From assembly GCA_030704615.1 (NCBI GenBank), contig CM060733.1:28024001-28088000 (forward strand): a stretch of DNA of 64,000 nucleotides, given 5' to 3'. Both the position numbers and the translations under genes were made by a program. Of the stretch, positions 25,361-38,282 are shown piece by piece. A model generated the notes under the pieces. That model ran no database searches, was not told the DNA's origin, and saw nothing but the letters and a program-made list of their open reading frames with translations. Positions within the stretch are counted from its first letter, which is position 1. Every line of letters starts with the position of its first letter. This stretch comes from Takakia lepidozioides (Eukaryota; Plantae; Bryophyta).

Positions 25361-28300
25361 CAACAGGATACAAGAAAGAGAGTGGGGTCCTCCTTTCTCT
25401 AAAAGACTTTTAAGCCACACATGCATGAGAAGGCAACTTCATACTCTTTGAGTACGGAAATGAAGTAAAGGAATTGTAGCGGCTACCGGTAAACATGATC
25501 CGACAGCAATGAAACCAGAGAGTTCAGGGACGAGCTTATCACAAGCGAAAGTAAGAAAGGAGGAAAAAAAAACTTGAAATTTATTCCATCCAAGGGAGGC
25601 CGAAATGGCCCCAAGGGACACAAGTTGAGCAACACAGAAACATGGAAAACAACCAGTCAATAGGAGAGCAGAGAGAAATAAGGAAGTGTTCTGGTTCCAA
25701 GATAACATAGTTGCTTACAAAACACAAACAGGCAAAGAAAAAAATAAATAGCTCCACTAAACCACTGACTCTTCCCTTGCGTTGCTTAAGACGACAATCA
25801 TGGGTCATATCAGCTGATCGCGACTTCAAAGAAGTCTTGAAGACATCTGAAATTGGACTTCCTGGATCGTGAAGCTGAAGGTGCACTCCTACAGATGACA
25901 TCATCAAGATCAAGATGAACAGACTGACAAAATGAATCCTCTAAGACATCAGTTTGGAAAATCCAGAGGATCCAGATTGGAACTTTTTGTCCTGTACTTT
26001 CTTCCTAGCATGTAATTTCTGAATGTATGGCCCAGTAAGCATGGACGATTTTCCCGATATGATTGTCTTTGGACTAGCACTTGAACATGGATGCGACCCA
26101 TAAGAATCACACTGCAATGTACGGTCTATCCACATTTCCCGGTCGAAGAGAAGAACAAAGACGGATTTGCTATGTAAATTGATGTCCATGGCGATGTTCA
26201 AAGCATATACATTGGCAGGTTGGCTGACGGGAATGAGCCCTTCTAGGATTCCAACTCTATAAACTTTTTTCAACTGTCCGTCCAAACTGGGCGCGGCCTC
26301 TATGGCCACGAGGCTACCGCAAACAAACTCTTACGAGTACATTCGAAACTTTCAATGGCCTTATTAGCATGATCCTTAAACATCCAAGTGAAGGATTCCA
26401 TCGCACGGAACGACAAAGCAAGCCTTCCCTGTAACTAGGTCAACGAAGACTTTAGGCCGCAAGTGTTTCGGGAACGCATTAATCGGTGTGAGCAGCCATC
26501 CCTTCGCTGGAGAGCATGGCAACTCAAGATTCTTGAAGTTGAGAGGGTCAACATCCCTTGAATCTGTGTGCATTTTCAGCTCCCCTCAAAGAGAAGATAA
26601 TTACATACCAGGATGGTACATCCAGCCTTTAGAGAAGAGGGTACAAAAAACCTGTCCAATCAACTGAGCGTATGAATGGACTGTTTTTTCACTTGAGAAC
26701 AAAGACATTTAGAAAAGCAGAGACGCTGAATCTTGACTTTGAAATTACCTTGAAGCTCTGAAGCACAGAGGAAAGTCCGAACAACTCTCTGGTGTTTCCA
26801 GAGCGACTCTCACCGCAGCACCTAACTGAAAGGGTTCGGCAATTCGATTTGAACAGCAGGATTTAGGAATACTCTTTGAGCTTTCCGCGATATAAAGTAC
26901 CATCTCATTCCATTTCATTTCTTTTGTCTTCCTACGAGGTTTTCATTTGTACGATTTCAGACAACTTGCCTATGCTGAAGCCAGAGAGGGGTCACAAGCA
27001 GAGTACATTGCAAGGGAAAACAGGGACAGTCAATTCGAGAAGGCCAACAGGATCCCTGGTTAATGAAGGAAAAAAATCGGGCTTTGAAGAATTTCAGTTG
27101 AGCATTACATGAAACAATCTCCATCAACAAGGCATAAAGAAGACACCAACATATCCTCCGATTAGACTTTGAGCCACCAATCCGTGAGGACAGAGGTGGG
27201 CCTTAAAAGGGGATACTTCGACTCTGAGATATAGTTTTGGGCACCTGTAAACATAAGTTCCAGTTAGTTCTAGACGCTCTTCTGCCAGGCAACAAGAATG
27301 CCAGTTTATCCAAATGATCACACCTAGAGACCCAACAACTTGGGCACTCTGGTCCAGCTGTGAGACGAGAAATAGGATAGACACATTGTTGATTCAGTAG
27401 CCAAAATTCCCTCGGTAAACCCGGTTCAAATTGGTACATGAGCACCTGCTGTTGCACAAAGCCAGGGAGTTCAGTAACGTACTAGCGGGAGATTGAGACA
27501 GACAGGATACTCACCAGGAAAGGGAAAAGGAAGGAGAAATCACAGAGACAATCCTCCAGAAAACTCCATATCTCTGTGTTGACGACAAAAGCATATCACG
27601 GCCGTCTCAATGCTCACACTACGCCGTCAATGCAGACCTCAATCAACTAAAACTGCTACACAAATCTCATCTATGATCCTCTGATGGTGACCCCCAAGGA
27701 TACGTAGCGATGCGAATGCAATGCCGACCCTCCTCTCCCACTCCCTCCTCTCTCTCTCTCCCTCACAAACTCGCACTGTGAGTCCTTTGGCACGAAGAGC
27801 GTGGCTGCGGTCCTTGGCCCTTTGTATTTCCCGGCAGCCTTTCCCGGCCGACGAAAACTCGGGTCGGGTGGGCCTGGGTGGGGAGACCCCCTGGCAAGAA
27901 CCAGCACGCGTGCCAGGCTAATAAACTGCCCGAGTAAAATCCAATCTGTGATGTTCCACTGCAAATGTAAGCACACGAGGCTGGTATCACATTATTAGCC
28001 TACAGACCGGAGGAATCATTCCTCCCGCTTTAGATCTGTCTTCCGCAGATGCAGGTTTCTGCTCACATCTACCACCGGGAATAGCAATCAGCAAGTGAAT
28101 TGATCGATCAGCATCCCACACTAGACTGAATGCTCTTCAGTTGGCGAATCAGAGCTGTTACTTGAGAATATTTTCGGGTGATTAGGAGCTCAACGTGTAA
28201 CCTGAAGACGAAAATGGTCTGCGAAGTGGAAGTTTGGTAGAAGGGGAGGAGGTCAAAAGGGCAGGCCGGCATGGACATCCCACTGCGGAGATGACAGACC

Positions 28301-28870
28301 GCATTGTCACCGAGGGATGAGGCGGTGGCCCCGCCGCTGCAGCAGCAGCCTGGCTGCTGCTGATCCTGCGTTGTGTGCCCTCTGCTCCCCACCGACTGGT
28401 GGTCATATTTTCCCTCTTACTTGAGATCAGAGGAGGATGGGAAAAACAAACAAGCTACCCAAATCGCCCTTGGGTTCACATCCGGGAAGAAGATCTACCC
28501 ATGCAGGTACCCACAATCATAGAATTATCTGTTTTCTAGAAGGTTTTGTTTGAATGATCCCAGTTGGGGATCAGGTTTTGTTTCCATGTGGCCTGCAGCT
28601 TAGACAGATCACAGATGCTTTACACATCTAGCATGTCAGTTGATGAGCTACAGTGGGGGGGATGTGGGTGGAAATCTAACATGTTTGTCCACAGGCTGTC
28701 TCTTCGCAGCAGAGCCCATGTCACCATTGCCCAATGGCTAGCCATCCAGATTCCTCTCCCCCTTGTTTTTTCACAGACTAACTAACACAACCTAATTAAA
28801 GAGCCTGACGATGTAATTTTCTTTCTTCTTTTTTTTGCAACCAACTAAACCTACTTACTAATGTAAATAC

Positions 28871-30045
28871 CACTGTTGTGCGGGATGGGGGCTTGAGTCC
28901 TGACGTCCTCACCCGGGTAACTCCGCGGATCACCCACACCCGCATCATCACCAAACAGCCAACCCGCACCCACCGGAACCCGGAGCCGGATGCTTTTTTT
29001 CTTTTTCTTTTTTTCACGTGAACTTCCATTTTTCCTCTTCTTTTCTTCTTTTCTTCTCTTTTTCTTCTCTTCTTTTAATTAGTAACATCAATTTCAAAAA
29101 TCCGAGTCACAAGGGGCAGTGGGGCACAGTTCCCTTTCTTTTTTCTTTTTACTTTTGTTTTTTTCAAGACGGCCAATGGAAGGGCCAGAATATATTAGAA
29201 AGCGAGGAAAAAATAACCTCAGAGTAGAGTACAGACCATGGAGGATGAAAAAGGGGACACTGCCCTCTACCGGTAATTAACCCAGGGAACGCTACAGGAA
29301 GCTAGAGAAGAAGGTTCCTTAGCTAAAAAAAGGACTAAGAGACTAAGAGTCTAGGCCTAGAAGAATCCAAGGATTACCTTTTTCTTTTCCTGCTGATCTA
29401 TGAGGCACATAACTTTACTTTGTATTTTTTTATTTTTTCTTACATGTTTAATGGATAGGTGGATTTCTTTTTTCTTTTTTTCTTTTTTTCTCTTACCGAA
29501 CAGGGGCTTTTTTTGTTTCTGTGAAGAGGGGACAAAGGCCCTCAAACTTTCTTTAAAGGAATTCTATCGTCATGTATGTACTTAATTTGTGAAAGAAACA
29601 TATATATTCATGGTAGATCTTGAAGGAATATTCCTAAGATAAAAAGCCTCATTAACATCAAGGTTTTTTAGCCGAAAAAGTAATTTTTCTAGTTAACATC
29701 ATGTTTTCTAATCTCTTTAACCAATTAATTAGGGCCAGGACCAACGTGAACCCGCTAATATTTTCCAGCAACTACCCATAACCAGGCGCGACCCATTGTT
29801 AGATACCCAGATCCGAACCGGACTTTCTTCCAAAAGAAAACCCAGACCCACTGAAAATATAATTTTCTTAATAATATCGTTTTTCTCATTTATTTAATCA
29901 ATTAATTAGGAATCACTTGTGAACCCGCTAATATTTTCCAGCACCTACCCGGGTATTTGATAACGGGTTGTATCCGGTTCTAGACCGAACCGGACTTTCT
30001 TCCATAAGACAAGTTCCTTGAAAAGACACTACCCCCACAACACTG
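28871..30045. mobile_element. hAT-family MITE (1175 bp)
   Basis: TIRs CACTGTTGTGCGGG / CCCCCACAACACTG. 8-bp TSD GTAAATAC (28863-28870) / GTAATTAC (30046-30053), one mismatch. Internal duplicated subterminal block (GTGAACCCGCTAATATTTTCCAGCA and CCGAACCGGACTTTCTTCCA each occur twice). Confidence 0.8.
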
Positions 30046-31706
30046 GTAATTACACGCTGACTAATTCAGCAGGAAAATATATACCTACGTAGCTAGCTAA
30101 TGTCCATAATTGCTCTACGCACTGATTACGCAATCTTATTAACGAAATTTCCCAGACCAGTACCTGGGTGAGGGTACGCTATAAATATGTTTGCAGGAAC
30201 CACTGAAATGCCCAGTCGCTTTCCGAAGTACAGTACTGCAATATACAGTAACTGTGTGAAGGTAATTTCAGCGTAGCCACCATACGTTAACTAAGGTGTA
30301 ACTACAGTACAGGGGGTCTGTCAGTAGGTAACATAAGCCCATCATGATTTGACGATTACTCTAGAAATTAGTGGGAGGTACACTGAATTACTTATTCCAA
30401 TTACAAAAGTACGTTTAGAAATAATGCCAATAACGCCACGTTAGTACACCATCATTCAACGTTGTACCTTCCGCTAGTTAACTATTGGAAACTCTAACGT
30501 GGGTGTTAGGCGGTGGATGAAAGTTGTGGGCGGACAGAGGGCGGACGGATGAGATGAGTAATGACGGCGGCAGGTAAGCGTGGGCGTCACGGATCGGGGC
30601 ACATGGATGGACAGAAACTGCAACTGGCTCAGACGCTCAGACCCCCTCTGCCTCTGTGTGTCGGCCGTCCGACGGAACCGCGACAGCAACGACTGCCAAT
30701 AGCTGTATCCGTAGGTGTAGGATATTAACAATACGTACGTTGTGTCAGTACATACATTGAATAGATGTATCCCCAACACGCTACGCTGCTGCAGGTCTGC
30801 AGTCTGCAGAGCATCTGACACTTCTATGCACCACAGTCAGAGGCCTGCACTTTTGCTTGCCTGCATCTCTCTCCCTCTCTCAATCTCTCAATCTCTCAAG
30901 AGATTGCTCAATCTCTCAAGAGATTGAGAGAAAGAAGTTATAAAGTACCATCTCAATTCTCTAGATCTCTCTCTCAAACAAGAGAGATGATGAATGGCTA
31001 GAGGCAGAGCAAGTTCCTTGGAGATGGATGCAGTTTTAGAGTGTGAGAGGATCCGCCATGGGAAGAATTAAGAGGCTGGCTGGGGAATAGTTTGTGGTGC
31101 AGACAGTGGGTGACAAGAGGGAGAGAATTTTATTGCCAGTAGTGGTTCGAACAGTTCGGAGGGGGACAGGACTTGGGAAGGTGTCTCTCTCGAACAGGGG
31201 AAAAGGAATATCCCTGGAGCCCAGTAGTAAAAGCTTAATATTTTGATTGATGGCACCTAAGTTCCAGTTTGCATCCGTTTCCCAGTTTGGCAGGGCAATG
31301 CATCCGTTTGCAGAGGTCAGAAATGCTGTAGTATGAATGACAAAAAATACATACTTGAGCGGGAGCTGAGGTGATTCGAAAGCGGTGGTGGTACTCATAT
31401 GGAGATGAGGGGACAGGTCATTCTGGTGAATGGAAGTGGCAGGGATGGCAGGGCCTCGCACATGGCAAAGTCATGGGCGGGCCACGCGCCTGACCACACC
31501 TGTACACTGTGTGTGTGTGTGTGTCGCTCTCTCTCTCTCCCCCCTCTCTCTCTCACTCACACATGCAAACCTTCTTGAAAAGGCATGGCACTGTTGCGTG
31601 TGCCATGTGAACCTCTGCCAGACGGTCGCTTTTAGGGTAGAGAGAAATGCCTCTGGAGTTTACTCCTCTTTTATGCATTTTGCTCCACACAAGTTCTCGT
31701 GGATAC

Positions 31707-31949
31707 AGATGCCTGACATAAACTCGTGAGAACTTGTCTCTAGAGCTTTTAGAGGATTACATGAGTCCATGGATTTCCAACAAAGTTGTGTGCGAAGATG
31801 CCTGACATCATGAGGTCGAAGCTCTACTTAGTGACTTATATTACAGGTTAGATGCCTGACATGGACTAAGTGTGCGAACATTTGGTACCATCAAATGGTG
31901 TGTAGCTAAACTTAGTGACACAATTGTTCAAGGAAAAAAGATGCCTGAC
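31707..31949. repeat. Four interspersed copies of AGATGCCTGAC(AT)
   Basis: Copies at 31707, 31796, 31850 and 31939 with largely non-repetitive spacers. Confidence 0.8.
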
Positions 31950-32094
31950 TCGCATCAGGTGAGAAGTGAGAATCCAACTCAAGAAAGCTTCCGTGTCCAG
32001 ACAAAAAGTAGAGATGGGTAGGCACCTTGGCCTGAGTTTAAATAAGTCTCAGCTGGCCCTAATTAATCACATCTAACATAAGTGTGACGGTGAG

Positions 32095-33344
32095 GACTGG
32101 GGTGGTCAAAGTCACCTGGCAGTTGACAAGTATATGAAAACACTGTAGATTGAGACTAGCCATCTTTCTCGATTCAGCCTTGTTAAGTGGATCTCCTGCA
32201 TGAAACTCGCTGGAATGCAAATGGACAGGACAGGGCAGGCTGTCATGTGACTGGGCTGGTCAAAGTCACGTAGAAAACCTCATCATCTTTGTTGAACTGG
32301 ACGACGTTTCCCCCTCTTTATTTAAGGGTGAGCACTGCAAGTATTAATAACACAGTAGTAGACCATGCAGCTCATGGCTGTGATGATGCGTCATGTGATG
32401 AAGATCATTCAATAGCGGTTATATTGTAGTCAACACACTTCAAATGTCCTCTGTAGTACCTACCCTCTAATAAGTGTTAACAAAATCTTGCTCCCTGGAA
32501 CCTACCAATTTCCAAAACAGAAAAAGAAAGTGTTAGAAGTGTTACTCCTGTAGAGGCAACACTGGCAGTTCGGACGTTCAGACACTATCACATAATACCA
32601 TGAACAAGCAAATTTTGAGTTTAGATTTTTTGGACTGGTGACTGTAGGACGTGTTGGCCCTGCAGGCAACACCTTTACATTCATTTTCACACTCTCTATT
32701 AGTCAACATGTTTTGCTTCCCAAGGGAGACTGTACAAATTGCATTCAACTCCATTTACTTTCACACCGCCATGAATTGAACCAACAGTTCACACTAAACC
32801 ACCATTCCGTATTATTGACAATAAGACCTCTTATTAAATTTGGGAAATCATGTACCCCTGCCAGAGACAGTTATTGTCAAGCTTAGAAAAGAATGGAAAG
32901 AATATCTATCTGAGTCCAAACTTCAAAGGGCCAGGATTGCCAGATTGAATGCTCGAGGTTCAAGTCTAAAAACAAATGCTGATGCTACCCATATGTGGGT
33001 ACTAGGTAGTTAGACTTGAGTGCACTGTTTGGCGGACCAAGTGCTCGTGGGTTCCTTGATCCTGGCTGCCACATTGCACAAGTAAGTTCCAATCCGAAGT
33101 CCTCGATATTGAGTTCCCTCCGACCCAGGTCCCACACCACAGCAATTTTAGCCTAGAAGCTGAAACTAGGAGCATGAACAGGATAGTCAAAGTCTTGGAG
33201 GACTGATGATCAGTCTGGACTCTGCAATGGTGGTTTGGCAGGGTACTTCTGCTCTGCATGATGCAATCTATAGTAAGTATTGAAACTCAAAAGGACCATA
33301 ACTTCCTCACTGCTCTCTGGAACGTGGAAGGGTGGTCAAAGTCA
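32095..33344. promoter_or_regulatory. Three copies of a tandem W-box-like motif TGGTCAAAGTCA (reverse complement TGACTTTGACCA)
   Basis: GACTGGGGTGGTCAAAGTCAC (about 32095-32115), GACTGGGCTGGTCAAAGTCAC (about 32249-32269) and GGGTGGTCAAAGTCA (about 33330-33344). Each contains the TTGACC W-box core on the minus strand. Regulatory function is inferred. Confidence 0.35.
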
Positions 33345-34594
33345 TAAAGAAATGATCAAAACTCGTGTGAGCGCCGCCTCTCCAGAGTGTGTAGAGAGCT
33401 GACCTCCAATAGTTGCCTTGCGTTCCATGAGCTCTTATGTCAGAGAATATAGCAAGGATTTGGTTCAAACATCATCACCGTCATTTTGGCTTTGGCTTGA
33501 CAACATGATGCAGGCAGCTGTGTGTGCACAGGCTCGGCTCATCAGAGTGATATTGAATGTTCCCAATATCTTGCAATTATGTAATCCTTTACCTATACTA
33601 ATTGTTCCCCAAGTAATTGTCCCGCCAGAGCTTATCCAGGCATCACAGTCTCACAGGAGTAAATCACACGGCTAAACCAAAATTTTAATTGCTTGCTGGT
33701 TAGGAAGGAAGTGTTTGATGTGTAAACACGCATCCACTGCGACTCCTTCACCTGAGATTACTTACAAGATTCACAGGGACTCAGATTGAGACCATCTTCC
33801 CGGGTTACGATCGTAGAACTACGGACATCTACATACCGATTCATCTAAACTGGTCAGTGTCACGGGTTTTAATGGGTCTTTACCAACAAAGACAAATTCA
33901 TGCATATTGGTTGGAAACCAGCCATAGCAGCGGTTTTGTTCCCATGTGCACTACTTCGTTGATCCCGGGGAGGAGATAGACTAGCGCTTCCATAAGGTTA
34001 GGTAAGTAGTCTTATTTCTTCCAATTTCAGTTCCTTCGAGTGGATGCTTTCCCATGCCGAGGTGCTGCATCTCCAATATTCCTACAGAGCTTTGCTGGTG
34101 GCTCGAATGACCTCATCTGACTTCGAATCTGCAAACTGACTGATTCCAATTACTTTGATGAGCCCATAAAAAACTATGTAGAAATCTGAACATTCAATGG
34201 TATCTCAACATAAAAAATCGATATATCTCCGCGCTAACCGCTAGGTCCCATGAATGAGAATGTCTCTCCTGATACGCAACACGCAGGAGATGTATATTAT
34301 AGTATCCTCCACGCAACCAGTAGGTCACATGAATGAGAATGTTTTCCCTTGAGACACAAGAGGATCTTTTATAGATAAAATATGATAGAAGCAAAGTCCC
34401 AAAGTTCATGTTTGCCCTTTGGGAGCACACGATCCACGAGAAAACCGTTACACCTTCCACAACACTTTAGTAGCCAATAAGACGGGCGTGGGTCTGAGAC
34501 TCTTGACTCCTGAGAAGTGTAGACTTGGTGAGGAATGCGAAACACCAAGGAGAAGTTCTAAAGAAAACGGAAAAAAAAATAACCAGCCCCGAGG

Positions 34595-34785
34595 AAAAGA
34601 TAAAGATAAAAAAGATAAAGTTTCTTTAACGTCCAGTGAATTTACTGAGCCTACTGCTCAACACACAGGCCATCGAGGGCCCAATGGACGGTCTGAAGGC
34701 ACATGTTGAAGGATTGAACCCAGTATCACCCAGGTTATGCACAGGCAAGGCACAAACACCCAACCACTGGGCTACCTGCTCAAGA
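34595..34785 (-). mobile_element. tRNA-derived SINE
   Basis: Minus strand: A-box TAGCCCAGTGG, B-box GGGTTCAATCC, 3' end GGACGTTAAAGAAAC followed by a (TTTATC)n-like tail. Confidence 0.75.
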
Positions 34786-37700
34786 TAGACCGGGTAAAAG
34801 TGGTCACTCACTCCAATGCAACCGAGTCTTACCATGAATACTGAAATGAGGCAAATTGCATTTGAAAATGCAGCTGTCACCTGGGGGCTGTCCATAATAC
34901 ACTTTACTCAAGTTGGGTCTCATAACTAAACTGTATTGCTCAATTGGAACAGCAATCCAGTGTTACGTTGTTCTTATTGTAAACTTGCCATTAGCATCAC
35001 CACTTCCCCACACTTCAGTCAGGCGCAAACGGAAAGTAAGAAAAGACAGAATTGCCCACAAGGTTTGCAGTAGGTAGAATCATTCACTGTTCATATTTAG
35101 TATTATGGACTAGCAGTGAACATGTTCAGACTTCAGACATGTGACTGCAGTTAGATTCGGACAGACTAAAACTGACTGCTGTTATGAGGCCGGATTGCTT
35201 ACAGCAAAGAGACAAGACATACAAGGCAAATCTGTATTTGGGTTGTTAGAGAGTGTATGCCGTGTATGTGCGTGTACAATGCACAAGAAGACAAGGTACT
35301 AGCCTTCCATGAATGCACTGTTACCTTTTCTGTGTCCCATTCCCCATAGTCTTTTTGTATGCACTCACATTAGTGCAAGGTCCTGACTTTTCTGTCCTTT
35401 GTCAGACTTTCCTCAGGCCCATAATACTTGAGCAATTATGGAATTTCTTTCAATGCTCCCAGATGGTGCTTTCTTAAACTATGTAGTTATCTTTAAGTTG
35501 CTCTGTCTATGGTTTAATGATCGTCAGAATCACATATGAAATCTGTTATCATCCTGATTCATACATGATCGATGGAGGATCTCCAGTCCCACTTTCACAG
35601 GGAGTCGTCCTCCTTGCCCCATCCTTTTATATATTTGCGCTTTGATTCATTGGCTACTAAGTTAATAAGGCCAAGACTTCAAGTGGGCATAAGCTTTGCT
35701 GCCCTCCAAGTCAGGGCAATTGTCAAAACTGCCCTGTGGAGTTATTGTGCCCGCCCTTCAGACTGAAGGCCTGCAAAAAACTGCATAAACCCTCCATAAA
35801 TAAGGGTGCTCAAAAAACCTGCCCTGCATAAGTTATGTCAACAGAACAAGCTTGGGCCACCACAACAAGAGCAGCTCTCATCAAGCTTGATTAATGAATG
35901 AATAGTGCTTGCGTTATCACACCTAAACCTGAACTTGATGAGATGGCAAAGCAGCCGCCCAAGAGAACAACATGAAATGACTGAATAACTCCACTCTCTC
36001 TCTATCAACCAATTGTCAATTGTCTGTTGTTCACCGATGGTGGCTTTGCCCTCTTCTTTGTGTGGGGTTTTCTTTTTTTAAGGGAAACACCTGGGAGCGA
36101 CAGCTTACAAATGAGGCCCCTTAATAGTGAGAGGAGAAAATAACCTCTTTCACAGTGACCGGTGTGGGTTGTCTCAGGGCTCTCCTTCTTGGTTATTATT
36201 TCCCAGCCTCTCTGTAATGTAATGGAAGGACTGAGGAACTTTCATTCCCTTTTTGTCATATGTATATATAGAACCAGATCACTGCTATGCATATAGATTG
36301 CTTATGGGCAGTTCATATTATGAAGGACACTAGTGGGTAAGTTAAGTATAGCCCTTCAGGCTGTGAAGGGGCACTTCTGGAGACAGCCCTGAAATATCTC
36401 GTGTAGAATACACTACGAGTCTTCATAGCAGACTATGAAGTGAACAGTTGGCCCTTTGATCAAGTATGCCAAGATGCAAACCTGACCAACAGAATCACTT
36501 GGATTTTGGTGAGTGCTTGGCCCCTACTGTAAAACAACCCTCAAATGTGTGCTAAGATAGAAGGGCCTTATAGCCGTTCATCTACGTATGGTGAAAATTC
36601 ACGGTGATTTCTTGTCATTGTTTTAAAACAAGCCTCAAATGGCAATTGGCTCTCTTGCTTTGCTTTGGCACAACATAAGAGGACGGTAAGACTAGGGAGC
36701 ATGACTCAGCACAACACACCAATCAGCGCCTTGACACGGTGTAAGGTCCTTTGACCACATTTTCTCCATTCCGCAAAGTCTCTCTCTACACAAGAGATCC
36801 AATAAAAGGAAAGGATGATACAAATGGTTATATTGTTTCAAAGTTGAACCAATCCTGCCTCATGGCCCCAACCAGGTTATTTTTTCCTCATTCTTTAATT
36901 TGATTAACAGGGCTCCGATCCCTTTCTCTTAAAAAATTTACGAAAAAGGAAAAAAAACCAATCAGAAAGCTTGTGTGCACCTTGACCCTATAAAATTTTG
37001 AAAAAAAATGAAAAGGACACAAGGCTGGGGGAAGGAGCATTGGGTCAAGCATCTAGAAACAGAAAAGTATGATGTATATTCAGCTGAGTCACCCAAGCTG
37101 GTGATGTTTCTGATTTAGTTTGATTTTTTTAATGTTTTCTTAATATAGAACGAATTAGTCAATCAAATCCTAAGATACTGCAACAACCTAATTCTAGTGT
37201 TATAGGCATATCATTCACACATTTGAGTAGCAATCCATACAATGAATAACCGTATAGGGAGTTTTTACGGGCTCTGTGGGGTACCCTTAATTTTTGCGCA
37301 GACATACGAAGGGAAGACTTAGACCAACAGAGGCCTTAGGGGTGACATGCACAGGCTTTAGGGGTGGTAGACAGGCCGACACAGGCCGACACAACCTCAC
37401 ACAGCCAGCCACGGACTATCACAGCCCGACACAGTCTGACGATCTGGAAGCCTTGAATAATCGCAACCTTTCACTTCTGATTAGATGGTCTGTACACCCA
37501 GGGAAGTTCTATGAGCTGCAAGTTTGAAATGTCTTGTCCGGCCTCCATATGTGTTATGTAGAGCAAATATGTAACAGATATGGAATAACACTGACAATAA
37601 CATATATAGAAAGAGAATCTGAAAAACAAAACACTTAGATATGTAACACCCTAATAGCAGAGTTTGGAAATTGAAGAACTGTATAAGAATTTAGTCTTTT

Positions 37701-38282
37701 TTTTTTTTTTTTAAAGAAAGGGGAGATAGCCCTTGAGAGCTTTATTGATGATTATTGAAGGGGGGGAAAAAAACCCTTACGTGCCCGAAGGCGGCCATGA
37801 GGCCAATACACGGAGACCGTGACAGATGACCGAGGAGCAGTAAACAATTTAGTCTTATTTGTCAATAGGACTTGTTGAGCCTCACCAATTAAATGGTATG
37901 GTATGTCGTTGTTGTCATGATATGTAGTGTTGTGCATTGTGAGGAGAGGATGCTCACATGACTAGCCCATAAGGTAGATGAACCTAATTCAAACCACTTT
38001 TTAAAATGGACCCCTAGATAAATACACAAAACCAAACCACATGCAAAGCTAGAAAGGCTCATATCTTACAAGTGGTCCAGCTTAGATCACGTGGTGGGCT
38101 ACAATGGTAATTGCAGTCACCTCTTTTAGATCAAGGTTGATTATGATGACAGCAACGAGTGGAAACCTTAATAATTATTGGCGGTTCATATTTGAAATAT
38201 TGTTGCGCAGTTCGAGTGCGGTATTAAGGCAGATTTGGGAACGCCTCCAAACAGTTAAGCAGGATGCCTCGATCTGATTTAC

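Noticed and set aside
25581-27457. Several 65-122-aa minus-strand ORFs upstream of TRM
   Set aside because: No recognisable domain, interrupted by stops and retro-stubs; cannot be called gene or pseudogene without a search.
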